The notes beneath the pieces are model-generated. The model was given only the letters and a program-made list of their open reading frames with translations. It did no database searches and was not told where the DNA came from. The position numbers were made by a program, and so were the translations under genes. From assembly GCF_030684315.1 (NCBI RefSeq), contig NC_081384.1, positions 13,616,818 to 13,680,817 of the forward strand: a stretch of DNA of 64,000 bases, in the 5' to 3' direction. This DNA comes from Stegostoma tigrinum. Lineage: Eukaryota. This document shows positions 40,524 through 52,505 of the stretch, piece by piece (the first letter of the stretch is position 1; every line of letters begins with the position of its first letter).

Positions 40524-41941
40524 TGAGGCACCAGGCTGTATACCACTTCTTTACTGGATGGTGGAAAGTACGTTTACTGTGCGTTAAATGATCTTGTGCC
40601 TCTCGGGGAGTGTGAGGAAAGCTGACTGCATCAAAAGCAGCTTTTATCAAGTTTCTGTTCCCATAATATTAATCATACTATTCAATAGGAATAAACAATA
40701 GGAACAGCAGCAGGCAATTTAAACAACAAACTCACTTCTCTATTTCATGTGATCACCAATGATTTAACCATAGACTGAAGAAATCCTGCCTCCCTCTAAA
40801 CAATCACTCCCCTTTTCAACCAGAACCTGTATATGGGGAAGAGATAACTAACTTGTAATTCTCTAAAAAGAGACAATTGCCCGGATAAGAACCTCAGATG
40901 GGCAAGACCTTAATTTAAAACTGTGTTCCTGACACCAGGACTTCTGACCGATGTGACACATCCTTCCAGCATCAACCATGTCAAGACCCTCTGTCTCTAA
41001 TGTTTCAATTAACAACCCTGATTCCACAGCATCAGGAAGGTGTCTAATACTTCCTTCCACATCACTCAGCAATTTGCTTCCATCAGAACATTTACTGCAT
41101 CACACTGACATTCATACAAGTGTTTGGCTGTACAGAGAGAAATATTTACAATATGAATGGTCCGCAATTGGATGTGGGCATTGCCACATGACATCCATTA
41201 GACATTCTTTAAATGCAACGCAAGAGTCACAGAGACTTTCAACGATGTTGAAACTAAAATATAATGAGGAATTCTTCTTCTGTTGTGCTGTTTCTTGTGG
41301 ACTGGGATGTATGTTGTGAATGCAAAGAGGGAGACGATCCAAAGGCTTCTCACAAACTGGAATTGGACATGTACTTGCAAAAGAAGAATTTGCAGAGCTT
41401 CGGGGAAAAAACATTGGAGGTGCAAGGAATTGGACAGCGCTTTGAAAGAGCTGAATCTGGTCTGGTGGACTGATTGGCCTCATCTGTTGCTCTGCAGATC
41501 TAAAGCTGTTGTTGAGCATTCTTCGTTTTATAAAGTGCAGATCCTACATCAAACACCTTATCACAACAGGGTTTTATAACATTGAAGGACACAACAACTT
41601 CATGTTTAAGTCTTTCGCTTTTCAAACTCTTTCTTCATCATCAGCAGGGAGGTATTCTCCTTCAGGACAGATTCAACAGTTTGTTCAAAAAGTACAAATC
41701 TAGTTGCATTTCACTCCACCTCAAGCTGAAAAGTAGCACTTCAATCTCAAGGAAGTAATTGGAAAGAGTAATGTTGCAAAACACAAACACTGCATCTTCA
41801 TTCTGTATTGACATGATTGACTCTTTTACATATTTAAAAACGTTTCGCTTTTCACAATCCTCACTTTCCTGCACAGACTCTGCTTTCCGCTCAGCTGTCA
41901 TTCATTAACATTGCTCCTCCCAGCTGTGCAGTCACTGCCTG

Positions 41942-42114
41942 TGAACATTCCGGAAATCCCTGGAAATCCTCCAGTCGGTATCACTGTGTCGATTCATTCC
42001 TGTTTCAAGTTAGCCTGAGATGAGACGTCATTTATTTTCAGCTGACATGTGATAAACCCAGCAAAGTTTAGCTCATTCTGGAAATGTCTGGATTCCTGGC
42101 AGTAGAATATTTAA
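41942..42114 (+). promoter_or_regulatory. HSE/HSE/TATA promoter, copy 10
   Basis: Same motifs; TATTTAA. Confidence 0.8.
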
Positions 42115-42207
42115 GGTGTTTGTCCTGTGTGCTGCAGGAGGTCAGAGACTGACGACTGGGAGATCACTTCAGTCAGTTTGAGAGACGTGAGAGAAGAAGC
42201 AGAGACA

Positions 42208-42879
42208 ATGCTGAGCTATCGGTCTTTCCACCCTTCACACCTGTGTCAGCAGCCTGTGTACACATTGGGGTCTGTTGAACACAGGCTCTGGGAGCCGCTT
42301 CAATGTCATGTGTGGAAAGAGGTGGAAGAAGCGAGAAAGAGCATGAACTTCATGAATCGAGTCCTTGAGGAGCTGACAGCAGAACTTTTCGAGGGAATTC
42401 CAAGAAGTCAGGATAACAAACCTGACAGTGTCAGAGAAGGTAAAGGACAATCCTTGGAGAAGGATGGAGATGGGTTTTCTGTGTCCCTGAATGTGCAGCA
42501 CTTCTCTCCAGAAGAACTGAGGGTGAAAGTATTTGGAAGAAAAGTGCTGGTGACAGGAAAACACGAGAAGAAATGTGATGATGGCAGCAGCTCTTACAGC
42601 TACAAATATGAAGTGTTCAGGAGAGAATTCCAGCTGCCAGAGGATGTCGATGCTGAAGCTCTTCAATGCTGTTTGTCACAGGATGGTCGGTTAAAGGTTC
42701 AAGCCCCAAGCCTGGCATTGCCAGCTGTGAATGAACGGACCGTGCCCATCAACATCACCTCAGACACGACAACCTCTCCCCGGCTCATCCCTGACCAGGA
42801 GGCAAAGAAACAGGAGAGTGGGAGGGATGTGGGGAACAAGAAAGAAGGAGAACCTACGGACAGCAAAGTCTTTGTTTGA
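42208..42879 (+). CDS. hsp30: HSP30-like copy 10 (223 aa)
   Basis: Intact ORF ending ..EPTDSKVFV. Confidence 0.92.
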   Translation: MLSYRSFHPSHLCQQPVYTLGSVEHRLWEPLQCHVWKEVEEARKSMNFMNRVLEELTAELFEGIPRSQDNKPDSVREGKGQSLEKDGDGFSVSLNVQHFSPEELRVKVFGRKVLVTGKHEKKCDDGSSSYSYKYEVFRREFQLPEDVDAEALQCCLSQDGRLKVQAPSLALPAVNERTVPINITSDTTTSPRLIPDQEAKKQESGRDVGNKKEGEPTDSKVFV

Positions 42880-44524
42880 ATGAACTTTTGAAGATGTAAG
42901 AATTGTTCAAAAGCAACAATGAATTATTGTCAATGTGTGATAAAAATAAAAATTTTGTTAAATTCGTTGCTTCAAACTTAGAAAACAGTACCGTGCAATT
43001 ATCGGAAATGGAGTGGATTATTTATATATGTGTGTGCATTGGACCAATAAATAATTTTGTAAGTTAACAATCCTGATTTTGCCATCTTCCTTGATGGAAA
43101 CAAAAGTGAAACATTACTGATAATCTTCACGCAAACTTACATTATTCTCAGTTAAGGGGAAGAGACCTTTTATGTGGGATTAAATTAATACACAGGGCAT
43201 AAAATCACACTGTCCAGATCTGCCTAAATGAAAATTAATAGACAATAGGTGCTGGGGTAGGCCTTTCGGCCCATCGAGCCAGCACCACCATTCATTATGA
43301 TCATGGCTGATCATCCACAAACAGTATCCTAACATAGACAATAGACAATTGGTGCTGGAGTAGGCCATTCAGCCCTTAAGTAGATATAGTAACAGAGTCA
43401 TGAAGGTATGCGGCACAGAAACATACCCTTCAGTCCAACTTGACCGTGCCCACCAGGTATGCCAAATGTAACTTGCCCCATTTGCCTGCGTTTGGTCCAT
43501 ATCTCGCTCACCTTTTCCTATTCATGCACATTTCCAAATATCTTTAAATATTGTAACTGTACCTGCACCTACCACTCTCTCTGGCAGCTCATTCCATTCT
43601 CACACTACCCGCTGTGTGGAAACATTGTCCCTCAGGCCTCCTTTAAATACTTAGCATCTCCCCTTGAACTTATGCCCTCTAGCTTTGCACGCCCCTACCC
43701 TTGCACTAAGATCTTTGCGATTCACCGTACCTATGCCTCTCATGATTTTATAAACCTTCATAAGTTCACCCCTCAGCTTATTAAATATAGTTCTGGTCAC
43801 CACACAAGCAGAATGATTTTCGTGCTTTGGAGAGGGTCCAGAAAAGTTTTATCAGGATGCTGCTTTATATGGGGGATATTAGCCATGAGGAAAAGTTGGA
43901 TCTATTAGGTTTGTTTTCAGTAGAATACAGGTAGTTGAGGTTTATATGATTGTGAATGCCATGAATAGAATGTAAAGTTTGAGAATGTTTTCACAGAGTG
44001 GAGGCACGAATTAACTGGGGATACAGGTTCAAGATGAGAGGGCGGATGTTTATAAGATTTGTGCGATGCAGGTTTATCACATAAATGGTGGGGAATGCCC
44101 AGAACATGCTGCCACAGGAGGTGGTGGATGCAGACACAACAGCAGCATTCGAGAAACACCTGAACGAGTACATGCATAGGACATGAATAGAGGATACAGA
44201 TCCTGTCAGTAACGAGACCGAGAGTGTGGAAGGGCAAAAGGTGTCAGCACATGCTTGGAGGGGTGAGGGGCAGGGTCCTGTGCTGCATTGTCCGATGTTC
44301 ATCCAAAGCTCCTGGATAAAAAATGTCCTCGCCTATTGAACATCTCTCTACAACTCAAGCCTCCTGTGAAAGCAACATCTTGTAAATTTTTCCTGCATCC
44401 AGGTCAGTTAAAGATATCAATCTAATGTTCAGGGACCATCATTGAAGAGCTTTGTTCACCTTGATTGCAGAGATATTCCCCATAGATTGACAAATCATCA
44501 GCAACAAGGGCTTGACTTCCAACT

Positions 44525-45514
44525 TCCTCAGGGTAGTGTGCTGAACCCAAGCATCTTCAGTTGCTTCATCAATGACCTTCCCTCCATTGTCAGGTCAGAA
44601 GTGGGAATGTACGCCAACACATTGGTTGCACAATGTTCAGCACCACTCGCGACTCCTCAGGTACTGAAACAGTCCATGTTCAAACGCAACAAGATCTGGA
44701 CAATATCCAGGCTTGGCTTGTCAAATGGCAAGTGATAATCGCGCCACAAAAATGCCAGCCTATCACCATCACCAATAAGAGACAATCTATCCACTGGGCC
44801 TTTATATTAATGGTGTTACCATGGCTTATCCCCCACTATCAATAACCTGGGGCTTATCATTGACCAGAAACTCAACTAGACTCACCACATAAACACAATG
44901 GCTACAAGAGTATGTCAGAAGCTAGGAACTCCATGGCGAAAAACTCACCTCCTGACTCGTCAAAGCCTGTCCACCATCGACAAGGCACGAGTCAGGAGTG
45001 TGATGGAATACTCGCCACTTGCCTGGTTGAATGCAGCTCCAACAACACACGGGAAGTCTGACACCCTCCAGGACAAAGCAGCCCACTTGATTGGTACCAC
45101 ATCCACAAGCATCCATTGCCTCCAAATCCCACACTCAGTACCAGCAGTGTGTAATATCTGCAAGATCTACTGCAGAATTCCACCAAAGATCCTTAGGCAG
45201 CACCTTCCAAATGCATGATCACTTCCACCTAGAAGGACACGGGCAGCAGACATACGGGGATACCATCATCAGCAAGTTCCCCTCCTAGTCACTTACCATC
45301 CTGACTTGGAACTATATTGGTGTTCCTTCACTGTCAGTGGGCCACAATCCCAGAATTGTCTCCCAATTGGCACTGGGGGTGAATTCACAGCAGGTGGTGC
45401 ACAGAGGTTCACGAAGGCAGCTCACCACCACCTTCTGAAGGGAAATGAGGTACAGGCAAGAAATGCTGACCAGACCGCCATTCCCAACGCCCACAAAAGA
45501 GTGGAAAAAATAAC
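44525..45514 (+). mobile_element. CR1/L2-group LINE fragment, spacer B10
   Basis: Paralog of 21126-22115. Confidence 0.8.
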
Positions 45515-46456
45515 TGAGGCACCAGGCTCTACACCACCTGGTTACTGGATTGTGGAAAGCACATTCATCACGGGGTAAATGGCCTTGTGCCTATCCTGGT
45601 GTGTGTGCAAAACTGATTGCATCAAAAACAGCTTTTATCAAGTTTCTGTTTCGATAATACTAACTGTCCAATTCTAGTGATCGTAAAGAACAGGACTGAG
45701 GATAATGGACTGAAGAAATCCTGCCTCCCGGATAACTGACACTCCCTGTTTAAGCCCTAACCTGGACATGGACCTGAATAATTCAATGTTGCAGCTTCCT
45801 TTGCTCATTACAGGAGAAACAGCAAACTGATAGCCCTCTGAAAGGAGACAAAACACCTGATCTGATCCTTAGATGCCTGAGCCCTTAGTATTAAACTGTG
45901 CTCCTGATGCCAAGATTTCTGAGCGATGTGACACATCCTTTCAACATTGACAATGACAGGTGCCTCATGCTTCCCTCCACGTCAACCAGCACTTTGCTGC
46001 CATCAGTACATTTACTGCATCACACTGACTGCAAATAAGTGGTTTGCTGAACAGTGAGAAATATTAAAAATGTCCCCAAACAGATGTGAGCAATGCAACA
46101 AGACATCCGTTAGAAATTCATTAAATGCTGCGCACAAGTCGCAGAGGCTGAACTTATGTTGAACCTAAAATATAGTTGGTTATTCTTCTACTTGTGAACT
46201 GAAAAGGAAGCTGGAAATGCAAAGAGGGAGCAGATCCAAAGGCATCTCACCAACTGGAATTTGTCATTGTACTTGCAAAAGGAGAATTCGCAAAGCTTTG
46301 GGGAAAGAGCACGGGAGGTGCACGGGAGCATTGGAAGAGAGTAATCTGGCCTGGTAGACAGATTGGCCTCATTTGCTGCTCTGCAGATCTAAAGCAATTG
46401 TTGCGCATTCTGCATTTTATGAAGTGGAAATCCCAAATCAAACACATTATGGGCAA

Positions 46457-46655
46457 GATAATAAAATGTGAGGCTGGATGAACACAGCAGGCCAAGTAGC
46501 ATCTCAGGAGCACAAAAGCTGACGTTTCGGGCCTAGACCCTTCATCAGGGTCCTGATGTTGTGCTCCTGAGATGCTGCTTGGCCTGCTGTGTTCATCCAG
46601 CCTCACATTTTATTATCTTGGAATTCTCCAGCATCTACAGTTCCCATTATCTCTG
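46457..46655. mobile_element. Young palindromic mini-Penelope (pLTR-only) insertion
   Basis: Near-perfect inverted arms (~46454-46515 and 46559-46620). 13-bp TSD acattatggg(c/a)aa at 46444-46456 and 46656-46668. Empty sites in B5 (~23100) and B8 (~37050). Confidence 0.85.
46521..46548 (-). ncRNA. Minimal hammerhead ribozyme core motif of Penelope pLTR
   Basis: Minus strand reads CUGAUGA-aGGG-ucuagg-CCC-GAAAC-GUC: conserved core boxes, stem II and GUC cleavage triplet. Stem I pairing is not established. Confidence 0.6.
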
Positions 46656-47057
46656 ACATTATGGGAAAATTGGGTTTTGAAGATTTGAAGAACAATTGAA
46701 GAACGCAGCAGCTTCACTTCTAAATGTTTAATTTTAGAATTTACTTTTTATTTATCAGCAAAGAGCTACTTGCCTTGAGGACGGATTGAACACTTTACTG
46801 AAGTGAAATAAACCTATTTTCGTTTTAATCCATCTCAAAATGATAAATAGTATATCAATCTCAAGGATGCCACTGAGAACAGGAATGATAGAAAAACCAA
46901 ACACAGTCTTTTCATTCTGACAGGACATGAGTTAATGTTTCAAACAATTAAAACCTTTTCTCTGTTTTAACAATCCTCACTTTCCTGCACAGACTCTACT
47001 TTCCGCTCAGCTGTCAATCATTAACATTGCTCCTCCCAGCTGTGCAGCCACTGCCTG

Positions 47058-47230
47058 TGAGCATTCCGGAAACCTCTGGAATTCCTCCAGTCGGGATCAC
47101 TGAGTTGAGTCATTCCTGTTTAAAGGAAGCCTGAGATGAGGTGTCATTTATTTTCAGCTCACATGTGATCAACCCAGCAAAGTTTAGCTCATTCTGGAAA
47201 TGTCTGGATTCCTGGCAGTAGAATATATAA
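47058..47230 (+). promoter_or_regulatory. Promoter of copy 11, partly mutated
   Basis: Distal HSE GAA to GAG; gagacgtca to gaggtgtca; proximal HSE and TATATAA intact. Confidence 0.7.
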
Positions 47231-47323
47231 GGTGTGTGTCCTGTGTGCTGCAGGAGATCAGAGACTGACGACTGGGAGATCACATCAGTCAGTTTGAGAG
47301 ACGTGAGAGAAGAAGCAGAGACA

Positions 47324-48007
47324 ATGCTGAGCTATCGGTCTTTCCACCCTTCACACCTGTGTCAGCAGCCTGTGTACACATTGGGGTCTGTTGAACACAG
47401 GCTCTGGGAGCCGCTTCAATGTCATGTGTGGAAACAAGTGGAAGAAGCGAGAAAGAGCATGAACTTCATGAATCAAGTCCTTGAGGAGCTGACAGCAGAA
47501 TTTTTCAGGGAAGTACCAAAAATTCAAGATAACAAACCTGACACCCTCGGAGAAGGTAAAGTATGATCCTTGGAGAAGGATGGAGATGGGTTTTCTGTGT
47601 CCCTGAATGTGCAGCACTTCTCCCCAGAAGAACTGAGGGTGAACGTATTTGGAAGAAAAGTGCTGGTGACAGGAAAACACAAGAAGAAATGTGATGATGA
47701 CAGCGGCTCTTACAGCTTCAAATATGAAGAGTTCAGGAGAGAATTCCAGCTGCCAGAGGATGTCGATGCTGAAGCTCTTCAATGCTGTTTGTCGCAGGAT
47801 GGTCGGTTAAAGGTTCAAGCCCCAAGCCTGGCATTGCCAGCTGTGAATGAACGGACCGTCCCCATCAACATCACCTCAGACACGACAGCCACTCCCCGGC
47901 TCATTCCTGACCAAGAGGCAAAGAAACAGGAGAGTGGGAGGGATGTGGGGAACAAGAAAGAAGGAGAACCTACGGACAGCAAAGTCTTTGTTTCAATGAA
48001 TGTTTGA
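47324..48007 (+). pseudogene. hsp30: HSP30-like copy 11 with premature stop
   Basis: In-frame TGA at 47564-47566 before the alpha-crystallin domain; normal stop also changed to TCA. Confidence 0.85.
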
Positions 48008-48356
48008 AGATGTAAGATTAGTTGAAAAGCAGCAGTGTATTTCTGTCAATGTGTGATGACAATAAATTTTTTGTTGAAATAATTGGAAACCTGTACTATG
48101 CTATTTTGAGCATTCATGTGAATTATTTAAATGCCAATTGGTTCAATAAATACTTTGGAAGTTAACCATCCCAGTTTTGCCGTCCTACTTGATCAAAACT
48201 GAAGTGATACATTACTGATAATCTTCACTCGAACTTTTATTATTCTCAGTTAAGGTAAAGAGATCTTTTCGGTTGAATTAAATTAAACATAGAGCACAAA
48301 ATCAGCCGGTCAAGATCTGCCTAAATGTAAATTCAAGTGATATAGAGTCATGAAGC

Positions 48357-48441
48357 CACAATAACCACCCTCCGGCTTATTTCTGACCAAGAGGCAAAGA
48401 GACAGGAGAGTGGGAAGGATGTGGGGAACAAGAAAGATGGA
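48357..48441 (+). pseudogene. hsp30: Orphan 3' fragment of another hsp30 copy
   Basis: ccggcttatttctgaccaagaggcaaagagacaggagagtgggaaggatgtggggaacaagaaagatgga matches the CDS tail. A diverged 3' UTR and flank follow to ~49310. Confidence 0.8.
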
Positions 48442-48524
48442 TGTTTATCACTAATGTATTTTGAACCATTTAAAATATTAGAATTGCTCATATGGAGACT
48501 GAAATTGCTGATCATCTGAATTTT

Positions 48525-48873
48525 TTTTAACTTTATTCATTCACAGGATGATGGTGTTGCTGGCCAGGCAGCATTTAATGCCTATGCCTAATTGTTAAGA
48601 GTCAACCACATTGCTGTGGGCCTGGAGTCACATGTAGGCCAGACCAGGCAAGCATGGCAGCTTTCTTCCCTAAAGGACATTAGTGAACGAGATGGGTTTT
48701 CCCAACAATCAACAATGGGCCTATGGTCATCATTAGATTCTTAAATCCAGATATTTTATTAAATTCAATTCCACCATCTGCCAAGGTGGGATCTGAACCC
48801 GGGTCCCCAGGACATTATCTGGGTCTGCTGGATTAACAGTTCAGCAATAATACCGCTACACCATTGCCTCCCT
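48525..48873 (-). mobile_element. tRNA-derived SINE
   Basis: Minus strand head gggaggcaaTGGTGTAGCGG (A box) and GGTTCAGATCCC (B box); second copy at 52975-53333. Confidence 0.75.
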
Positions 48874-51569
48874 CAGTATATTGCCAAATTTTAACTGTTT
48901 TTTACTTGTAAATATGTTATATATATATATATTCTGTTCTTAGCATTCACGTGAATTAGTTTTGTATGAATATGGGGCAATAAATAGCCTTGAAAATTAA
49001 CAATGATGATTCTGCCCTCTTACTTGACAAAAACAGAACTGACACATTACTGAAAAGCTGAATTTATTATTTTCAGGTTCAAAGATCAATAAATTTACAA
49101 TCTAGATCATTAATTCAGTGGGTCAATACCAAACAAAGTCGGATTCAGTCCTGGCAGTTATCAAACTCTGTTAAAAGAGTCAGTGCAGCACATTTAAGGA
49201 CCTCTGTCTGTGCACAGATAGGTCCTACAGGTTCGCAATGAGCAGCAACAACGGCTTGTCCAACACAGACTCCAGCCTGCTCACCAATCAGTAACTTGAT
49301 GGTGGGAATCATTGTTTTGGATCACAGATTGTATCCAAGTTGTTCTTTTCAGATTCGGTTAAACGTAGTTGAGAAGGTTCAAAGACAGCAATTTGCATAA
49401 ATATGAACATTTATTGAATAATAACAAAAAATGAAAAAAGAAAGGAAAATTTATCAAGTAAATAAGAATTAAAAAGAGAGGAAAATAGCAACATTAAGGC
49501 CCATGCCCTTCTGCCTGTCAGGGACCTCTCGATCAATGGTTGGTCTTGAGGCTGAGGTTGCTCATGGCACTGTTCACAATACGGGTCCAAGATGATGTCC
49601 AGTGACTAGGAATGAAACTCTCTCTCTTATATAGTGGAATAAACAGCAAGGCACAGAAAAAAAAACATCTACAGAAAAACACATTGCTTGTGCCAGCTTC
49701 GGCCCGTGCAGGAATGTTCACAGGACTCGTTCAAGGTCATGCAGCTGTCGACTATTATCAACGAGTTTATCCCTTCGGCCCACCCTTTACAATCCATCCC
49801 TGGTGATATTTGACGGTGCCTATTGCAATTGCAGATGCAGATGCAAATCAGCAACAACTGCACGAAAACGTATAATAAGAGTATTTAACTTACAGTAGAA
49901 GATTAAAATAAAACTACAATGAAAATAACTACTATCAATACAAACAATATCATGATAGGGTGTATCATCAAATTAATGACTGCAGTGGACCTTGGGGATC
50001 AACCCTGAAATATATATCCCACCTATTGTGTACAGTCAAGGCTGTGTTGGGACCAGCAAGTTGTGTCACCTGACTGAGGTGACCATCTACATTTTTTTTC
50101 AGTTAGTCTATTTATGTGATTAGCTTTAAAATTCTGTATATTCCAGCATATTTCATTTTATTCAATCCTCCAGTTCCCTGTCCACAGATCACCTCACGCA
50201 GCAACAGTAAAATAATACCATGCATAGGTTTAACATTTCTACAGCTCTCTTCACCTGTATCTGCCTTGAGATGCTTCTTCAATATGTTTCCATCCTTGTC
50301 AATTTTATGAATGATTGTATCATTGAGTGGTAACTGTCTCCATACGCAGGTACAATCTTTGAGCTGCAATATACATGGGATCAAACAGTACAGCTCTAAT
50401 GGTCATCAGACTTTACCTTCAACTTATGCTTCTCACTTTTTATTTCTTTCGGGGTTCTCTTACCACAGACTCCTACAGCACCTGAGTCTAAGCTCAGCCT
50501 TTTTTCACATACACTAATTGTCCCAACACATTACAATGTCACCTACTGGTTTAAACTATTATATAAATGCTCAGGATGGGGTTTCCATCCGTCATCTGAT
50601 GGGCCCTTTCACTCAGTCTACCACTACCACTCCCAGAGTCGATATTCATTCATTTCTGTAACATTTTGACATAATAGCTTATCACACTTTTTATTTCGAT
50701 TGTAATTCTTTTAACATCCCTTTGACTTATATTATGGTCATTGTTTTAAAGTCAGTTTCTGAATGGATTTTGTGTCAGTATCTTATCATTTGAACTATGT
50801 TTTTGTGCTCTTCAAGGCCACACCAATCCTTTTGCCAGGTAGGTGTACGTGTCCGAGATCCATTCTTCAGCGCATGTTTTTGTATCATCTCATTTTTGTT
50901 ACCTCTGAGGTAATACTCACTGTTGTACACCTACATCAGTGTCCCAAGACCATGTCACACATTCTTGACTCCAACATGATCTCAAATTATCTTTGAGGTT
51001 TTAGTTGCCTCTCTATGCATGGTTCTGATGCCTTAAATAGTGGCTTGATGACCAAATTCAATCTCTTTTTAAAGTAAAAAGATAAAGACACAAACATTGC
51101 CAAGAGAAAGCTGTCAGTTTGGTGCTCTCATTGAAACCCCCTTTTCACTACTGCAACATTTTAACCTGAATTGCAACTTCAACCCATCATTCCAATATTT
51201 TTTCTCTTCTGCCACCAGTCTCTACCCTTAATTATTTTGTTTCATCCAATTTTGCAATTTAACTATTGCTACCATATCTAATTCCAGGGATCTGTAAAGA
51301 TTTGTAGTCCATGGAATGTAACCTTTTACTATTTTAAAATTGAAGTCAAACATTTCTGTTTGATTCAAGCACGACAGAAGTTGCTGGAAAAGCTCAGCAG
51401 CAACTGCAATTCGTAGACACAGTCAGTCAATGGGGCATTTTATAAATTTCTGCTTTGATAATAATACTAGTCTGACTCCAGGTTAAAACATAGGCAGATT
51501 CTAAACAAGGCCTCACACCTAAAATGCATTGTCTGACCTGAGATGTCACCTCTTGCATACACTGATAAA

Positions 51570-52190
51570 ACAGTGAGCTACCTCGAGGCAGTGGGCTGAA
51601 AGAAATGCGGGGATTTGCATTTTGATCAACTGAAACCTGCATTTCCTTTCTAACCAGTTAAAGATTTAACAGGAGGGAATCAGCCAGCCAGTTTAGGTTT
51701 ATTCAATACATTCGCATCAGTTGTATGATCCTTTAGTCTGTTACTTATAAATTCTGTGTCCTGATACCTCCTCTCTCACTACAGCTGAGGAAGGAGCCAC
51801 GCCCCATAAGCCAGCATTTTCAAATAAACCTGTTGGACTATAACCTGGCGTCATAACCTGGTGTTGTGCGATTTTTGACCTAAACCATTGTCAGCCATTA
51901 ATGGTCCCCATTAGTAGCTATTGATTCTCCCAGGCTGGTCTTTACCCATTGCCCAACATTTTATTTCCTCTCTCTGGGGTCCATCTCCACCTATCATTTA
52001 CTCCTCCTCCCTCCTACCACGCCTTCTCTAGCATATATATGTCCCTTTCCTGGCTACAATCAGTGCTGAAGAAATATCACTGGATTTGAAACATTAACTC
52101 TACTTTCTCTCCACACGTACTGCCCAACCTGCTGCGTTTTTCAAATAGTTTCTGATATTGTTTCTGATTTCCAGCATCTGTAGTTCTTTT
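51570..52190 (+). mobile_element. Old degenerate Penelope pLTR remnants (two families)
   Basis: Decayed hammerhead-like motifs ctgaggaaggagc.. (51785) and ctgaagaa..gaaacatt (52066); 3' end ttccagcatctgtagtt resembles the PLE terminus. Confidence 0.45.
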
Positions 52191-52199
52191 TTATATACC

Positions 52200-52505
52200 A
52201 TTTACATGTTGCACAAAATAAATCCACCAACATTCCTTAAATAGCACCTTTCGAACTCACAACCACGTCAATCTCGAAGGACACGGGCAGAAGATACTTG
52301 GGAACACCCTCACCTGCAAGTTCCCCTCCAAGCCACTCACCATCCTGGGTCAAAATCTTGGAATTCCCTCGAAGTTATTGTGGGTCTTCCTATAGCACAT
52401 GGACTGCAGTGGCTCAAGAAAGCAGCTCACCACCACATTCTCAAGAGCAAATACAGATGGGCAATAAAGGCTGGCCCAGCCTGTGATGCCCACATCCAGT
52501 GAAAA
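52200..52505 (+). mobile_element. 3' end of CR1/L2-group LINE
   Basis: Similar to the tail of the spacer LINE (aagttcccctccaagccactcaccatcctg..gcagctcaccaccac). Confidence 0.6.

Larger units (their letters stand above)
9460..48355 (+). repeat. Tandem array of hsp30 units: A (~4.49 kb) and B (~4.96 kb), order A-A-B-A-A-B-A-B
   Basis: ATG-to-ATG spacings 4504, 4488, 4956, 4494, 4495, 4958, 4494, 5116. Near-identical spacer ORF translations recur at these periods. Confidence 0.95.

Noticed and set aside
47564-47566. In-frame TGA as possible selenocysteine or programmed readthrough
   Set aside because: Paralogs encode Gln or His here, no SECIS was seen, and other lesions in this copy favour a pseudogene.
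9460-48355. CRISPR-like or prokaryotic system
   Set aside because: Repeats are kilobase-scale gene duplications in vertebrate DNA; no short repeat-spacer array or cas-like ORFs.
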